From positions 1 to 54,097 of the IMG/VR virus record IMGVR_UViG_3300046003_005296: 54,097 nt of DNA; one strand, written 5' to 3'. The position numbers and the translations under genes are program-made. The DNA comes from a virus (taxonomy: Duplodnaviria; Caudoviricetes). Under the pieces are notes generated by a model, which searched no databases, had not been told where the DNA came from, and saw only the letters and a program-made list of their open reading frames with translations. Positions 50,511-54,097 of the stretch are shown piece after piece. Numbering within the stretch: the first letter of the stretch is position 1; every line of letters starts with the position of its first letter.

Positions 50511-51587
50511 ATGAAATGGATAGTCGTTATACTGCCAATATTGGTTAATTTTACTGCGTTTGCACAAAGTACGTTGTGCTCTAGTTACCCTACCACTTTT
50601 TGCTGCGAATATGTTTCAAGTGTAACTATTAATGGACAAACTTATGCTGGTAGTACTGGATATGCTGCATCATCAGGTGGTACTGGCCCAAATGGTTATT
50701 ATAATTATACTAATTCAACACCTGTTCCGACAATTAATGCTGGCCAGAATATTTCTATTTCATACACTGCACAAACAAATGGCAATTATATGGAGTATTT
50801 TAAACTTTGGGTTGACTTTAATGGCAACGGAGTCTTAAGTGACCCAGGCGAACAAGTTTATGCTTATAATGTTGCTTGGACTGGAACTAAAACAGTAACA
50901 TCGACATTTCAAGTTCCTACTACAGTATATAATGGACAAGTTTATATGCGATTCATGATGGTGTATGCAAATGTGCCTGCTTTATGCGGTAGTTATGCAT
51001 ATGGTAATACGTTTGATTTTAAAACAACTATTACCGGTGCAGTTGACCCATATAATCATTCTGGCGTTGTTTATGGGTCTGAAGGAACTGGAATAGCTAA
51101 TGTTCCAATTAAACTTTATAAAAAATTAACTTCAGAAACATCATATTCATTGCATGGTACGTACACAACAAATGCATCCGGGCAATATTCAATAACTACA
51201 AATTTAAATGCAAATTTATATAATTTTCAACTAGTTGTAGATGCATTAACAGTTAATAATCCTGCAATTGCAGATGCATTATATTTCAATCAAAAAGTTC
51301 TATCAAATAATTTTATATCAAAAGATTATTATCGTATGAATACAAATGGAGATCTCCGTTTAACTATTACAGATGTATATTGGATTTATAAAAAAATATT
51401 AGGAAGTGCGTGGTTAGGTAGTACTCCTATCTACCGTTTATTCACACAAACACAATGGAATGTTATTAATACATCTACTAGCAATATGACAGGAACGTAT
51501 CCCGGCGTTCAAAGTTTAACCATAACAAATCCAACAAACAGCGGGACGACAAACATTTATTTTATAAGGACAGGCTATGCAAATTAA
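50511..51587 (+). CDS. Secreted GEVED-like protein with a dockerin-like repeat
   Basis: Signal peptide; WVDFNGNG..D.GE, MRF, YGNTFDF; NTNGDLRLTITDV. Confidence 0.7.
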   Translation: MKWIVVILPILVNFTAFAQSTLCSSYPTTFCCEYVSSVTINGQTYAGSTGYAASSGGTGPNGYYNYTNSTPVPTINAGQNISISYTAQTNGNYMEYFKLWVDFNGNGVLSDPGEQVYAYNVAWTGTKTVTSTFQVPTTVYNGQVYMRFMMVYANVPALCGSYAYGNTFDFKTTITGAVDPYNHSGVVYGSEGTGIANVPIKLYKKLTSETSYSLHGTYTTNASGQYSITTNLNANLYNFQLVVDALTVNNPAIADALYFNQKVLSNNFISKDYYRMNTNGDLRLTITDVYWIYKKILGSAWLGSTPIYRLFTQTQWNVINTSTSNMTGTYPGVQSLTITNPTNSGTTNIYFIRTGYAN

Positions 51588-52161
51588 ACTATTAATTATT
51601 CTTTTATTCCCGTTTGCTTTTTTAGCACAACCAAATCTTACTATCGATAAGAAGTATTACAAAGTAACTTACTCACAAAAACTTAAACAACCTTTAACAG
51701 TTGATTATGGCATAAGAACTAGAGAATGCACTGCAACGCGCTCAGGAATGGAATTTTATGCTGAGAAAGGTGTAATTACTAGTAGCAATGTAGATTATGC
51801 AAACAATGAATGGGATAAAGGACATATGGCTCCAGCAGCAGACTTTTGCTATAGCAGAGATGCAATGCTATCAACCTTTTCATATGCTAATAGTGCTTTA
51901 CAACATTACAAACTCAATCGAGGAGTGTGGAAAGAATTAGAAGCAGCAGAAAGAGTTTGGGCTACAAAAGATTCTATCATAGTTCATATTGATGTGATAT
52001 TTGATGCTAATCCAGCAAAGACTCCAGGAGGCGCATCAATACCAAAAGCATTCCGCAAGACAATTACATTTTATTCAACGGGCAAGAAGTTGGTATATGA
52101 ATTTCCAAATGTACCTCCAACGCAACCATTACCTAAGTATTTAATTAAAGGCAAACTATGA
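51577..52161 (+). CDS. Secreted DNA/RNA non-specific endonuclease (NucA/EndoG family)
   Basis: Signal peptide; DKGHMAPAAD, TF.YAN, LNRGVWKELE, IPKAF.K. Confidence 0.9.
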   Translation: MQIKLLIILLFPFAFLAQPNLTIDKKYYKVTYSQKLKQPLTVDYGIRTRECTATRSGMEFYAEKGVITSSNVDYANNEWDKGHMAPAADFCYSRDAMLSTFSYANSALQHYKLNRGVWKELEAAERVWATKDSIIVHIDVIFDANPAKTPGGASIPKAFRKTITFYSTGKKLVYEFPNVPPTQPLPKYLIKGKL

Positions 52162-52601
52162 GATGGTTATTAACGGCACTATTGTTTTCTTCATTGAGCT
52201 ATGCACAATGTGTTACAGTAGATACAGTTTATTCAACTGCTAAGTTAAGAGAGTTAGGAAATCGAGATATTCGGTTTGGAGTAAAACAAATTGCAGAAGA
52301 AGAATTATCAGATCGATATTGTATTGCCGATGATGGCGATGCTGTACGAGTTGAAGTATTTTATTTTGGAATACCTAAGTATACAATACGTATTGTAGGA
52401 GTTGAAAGAACCAATCAAGTAACGCAAGTAGGAGTACGTTTGTATTATAAAGGCAAATGTTATGAAGGCATCGGCGAATCTGATACAGAGGTAAGGGCTG
52501 TTATGATTGAATTAGTAGATAATAAAGTTCCATTTGATAAGATGACAGTATCATCTGCACTAAAGAAAGCTATCCATGAAGCTGTTAGCAATATGCCTTA
52601 G
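52158..52601 (+). CDS. Exported hypothetical protein, distantly similar to the CsgG-like gene
   Basis: Signal peptide; QVTQVGVRL, GIGES and F....VSSALKKA echo QTTRLGLQV, GLGEA and FNQSTIGISTKKA of 48280..49008. Confidence 0.6.
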   Translation: MRWLLTALLFSSLSYAQCVTVDTVYSTAKLRELGNRDIRFGVKQIAEEELSDRYCIADDGDAVRVEVFYFGIPKYTIRIVGVERTNQVTQVGVRLYYKGKCYEGIGESDTEVRAVMIELVDNKVPFDKMTVSSALKKAIHEAVSNMP

Positions 52602-53025
52602 TTTCATTCCATTCATTGCATTTAGTCAAATACGTATTGATGATGTAGGAGATGGTTGGAAAACACAAGTAGAACAAGCATTGCAACTTATCAAGAACGT
52701 TGATAGCAACAAGTATAAAGTTGTTATAGAGTATTGTGATCATATATCATACGCATTAATACCATATTCGACTACAGAAGCAGGACACGTCATATTGTTA
52801 TCAACCGCAGAAATGCGTCGAGGTAATGTGTATGATATTGCTACGGCAATAGTGCATGAGTCATTGCATTTGTATTTTCAAAAGCATCCTATAGGATTAG
52901 ATCCAAATGATGAAGAAGCATTATGTTATGCTTATGAAATAGAATTTCTCAAACAAATACCAGGAGTTGATCCATGGCTCATTGAGCATGCAATGAAATA
53001 TTATCTATACTTTTCTGAAAAATAG
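52576..53025 (+). CDS. Secreted HExxH metallopeptidase-like protein
   Basis: Signal peptide; IVHESLH and downstream EEALCY. Confidence 0.65.
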   Translation: MKLLAICLSFIPFIAFSQIRIDDVGDGWKTQVEQALQLIKNVDSNKYKVVIEYCDHISYALIPYSTTEAGHVILLSTAEMRRGNVYDIATAIVHESLHLYFQKHPIGLDPNDEEALCYAYEIEFLKQIPGVDPWLIEHAMKYYLYFSEK

Positions 53026-53026
53026 G

Positions 53027-53055
53027 TTGGACGTTTGAAATATTCTTCTTATATT
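53027..53055 (+). promoter_or_regulatory. Class I promoter TTGGAC-N17-TATATT
   Basis: Upstream of a small ORF and the tRNA/ncRNA block. Confidence 0.55.
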
Positions 53056-53071
53056 ATATAAAAATAAAGAG

Positions 53072-53239
53072 ATGGAATTAAATAAGATTAGCGAAGGTTT
53101 ATTTGAATTAGTAGATTCAGCGACTGGCACAGTTATTACAAGAGGTTCATGGGATCATTGTTTTGATTGGATGGCTGAATTAGATCGAGAAAATGAAAAT
53201 GCATCATATGCTGCATTTTTATCAGTATCAGGCATATGA
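53072..53239 (+). CDS. 55-aa hypothetical protein (absent from the ORF track)
   Basis: MELNKISEGLFELVDSATG...FLSVSGI*; leader AAAATAAAGAG as at 38268 and 39520. Confidence 0.6.
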   Translation: MELNKISEGLFELVDSATGTVITRGSWDHCFDWMAELDRENENASYAAFLSVSGI

Positions 53240-53244
53240 TATAT

Positions 53245-53328
53245 GCTTGGGTGGTGGAATAGGTAGACACGCCGGACTTAAAATCCTGTGGGCATTTGCC
53301 CGTGCGGGTTCGATTCCCGCCCCAAGTA
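53245..53328 (+). tRNA. tRNA-Leu (TAA)
   Basis: Acceptor GCTTGGG/CCCAAGT, anticodon loop CTTAAAA, long variable arm GGGCATTTGCCC, T arm GCGGG-TTCGATT-CCCGC; CCA not encoded. Confidence 0.93.
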
Positions 53329-53504
53329 CACCCTGTCAAGGTAGTGACACGTTTCGGTTCATCACCGAATAGTATGTCCAATATGATGAGAAGTAGGCTG
53401 ATTACCTACATGGGACTTCTGATAGGGAAACGCTCTATCCGGTTTGACTAACCGCGGGGAATATCAAAGGGATGCAAAGAACAACGTGCTCTCGTAGTCA
53501 TTAT
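53329..53504 (+). ncRNA. Structured non-coding segment between the tRNAs
   Basis: No credible ORF; five consecutive hairpins (53334-49, 53353-69, 53393-409, 53421-39, 53440-54). Confidence 0.55.
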
Positions 53505-53578
53505 GGTCTTTTAGCTCAGTAGGTTAGAGCAACTGACTCATAATCAGTAGGTGCTAGGTTCGAGCCCTAGAAGGACCA
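53505..53578 (+). tRNA. tRNA with CAT anticodon (probably Ile2/lysidine type, otherwise Met)
   Basis: Acceptor GGTCTTT/AAGGACC, D arm GCTC/GAGC, ACTGA-CTCATAA-TCAGT, T arm CTAGG-TTCGAGC-CCTAG; lacks initiator features. Confidence 0.9.
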
Positions 53579-53585
53579 CAAAAAA

Positions 53586-54066
53586 ACGCTAATGCTCTGA
53601 TTAGGCATTGAAGAGGATACTAGTCACTCCAGGCAGGTTAAGCGTGTCCTGCAACATTGAAGAAGACTGGCTCATATGATAACTTAACATTGTCAGAGGG
53701 AGTACGGATGGTTAAGCATCGTGGTACCGGGTGAACTGCTGGTAGAGTTGAGTTCAAAATACAAGAAGGCAGGTGGGAGCTTGTATTATTTATGATATTG
53801 ATATTTATGAATACCCCACCGTTACTTGTTAACGGAACCCCATAGCAATACTGTTGCTACGGAATAACCGCCCTGCGTTGAGATAAACGTAGGCCTAAGA
53901 ACCATCGGGCATACCGTAAGATCTGCTCACTCCGATGGTCGCTTTTGTTATTGGGAAGTGGAACTTGATTTTTTGGTGCAAGACGTTGCCTCACTGAACA
54001 ACCCTATAACCAATTAACGCACCCAGGTAAGCCTGTCTGATCAACAGAAACTGCCTGGGTTTTTTA
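53586..54066 (+). ncRNA. Large structured ncRNA candidate (GOLLD/ROOL-like setting)
   Basis: About 480 nt with no ORF, GC above the window background, at least 10 helices, ends in a hairpin plus T run. Confidence 0.6.
54021..54065 (+). terminator. Terminal hairpin / terminator
   Basis: ACCCAGGTA (54021-29) pairs with TGCCTGGGT (54052-60), inner CTGT/ACAG stem, then TTTTT. Confidence 0.7.
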
Positions 54067-54097
54067 CTGTACATTATTTATATAAAAGGTTTGTTAT

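Noticed and set aside
54030-54052. Hammerhead-like CTGATCA...GAAAC
   Set aside because: The core must be CUGANGA within a three-stem junction; here CTGATCA is a hairpin loop closed by CTGT/ACAG
53586-54066. tmRNA or RNase P RNA
   Set aside because: No tRNA-Ala-like ends or tag ORF, and no GAGGAAAGUCC / matching P4 signature seen by eye; a covariance search is still needed

Overview
A 54 kb fragment of a large, AT-rich, T4-like (probably jumbo) dsDNA phage. All credible genes lie on the + strand in the standard genetic code. A T9SS sorting domain and the near absence of Shine-Dalgarno sites suggest a Bacteroidota host (inference). In order the window holds: (1) a replication module (family B polymerase, sliding clamp, dUTPase, clamp loader) interrupted by a five-gene cassette with a TGT/DpdA-like transglycosylase, a QueD-like T-fold protein, a glycosyltransferase and a cytidylyltransferase, a candidate DNA-hypermodification system; (2) a ~17 kb glycosylation island; (3) a lysis cassette; (4) probable late/virion genes, several sharing an N-terminal 'MIKLxxILxE'-type leader; (5) proteostasis genes (ClpS, MoxR-type AAA plus VWA, GroEL) and an unannotated ArfA-like peptide; (6) thyA and auxiliary enzymes; (7) an eight-gene exported-protein module (cohesin/dockerin T9SS cargo, CsgG-like lipoprotein, predicted beta-barrel, nuclease, metallopeptidase); (8) two tRNAs within ~740 nt of ORF-free, densely base-paired sequence that resembles a large ornate ncRNA. 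Two promoter classes recur: TTGGAN-N17-TATAAT, often placed to give leaderless mRNA, and ATATTTAT. All calls come from reading motifs by eye; no database search or folding program was run.
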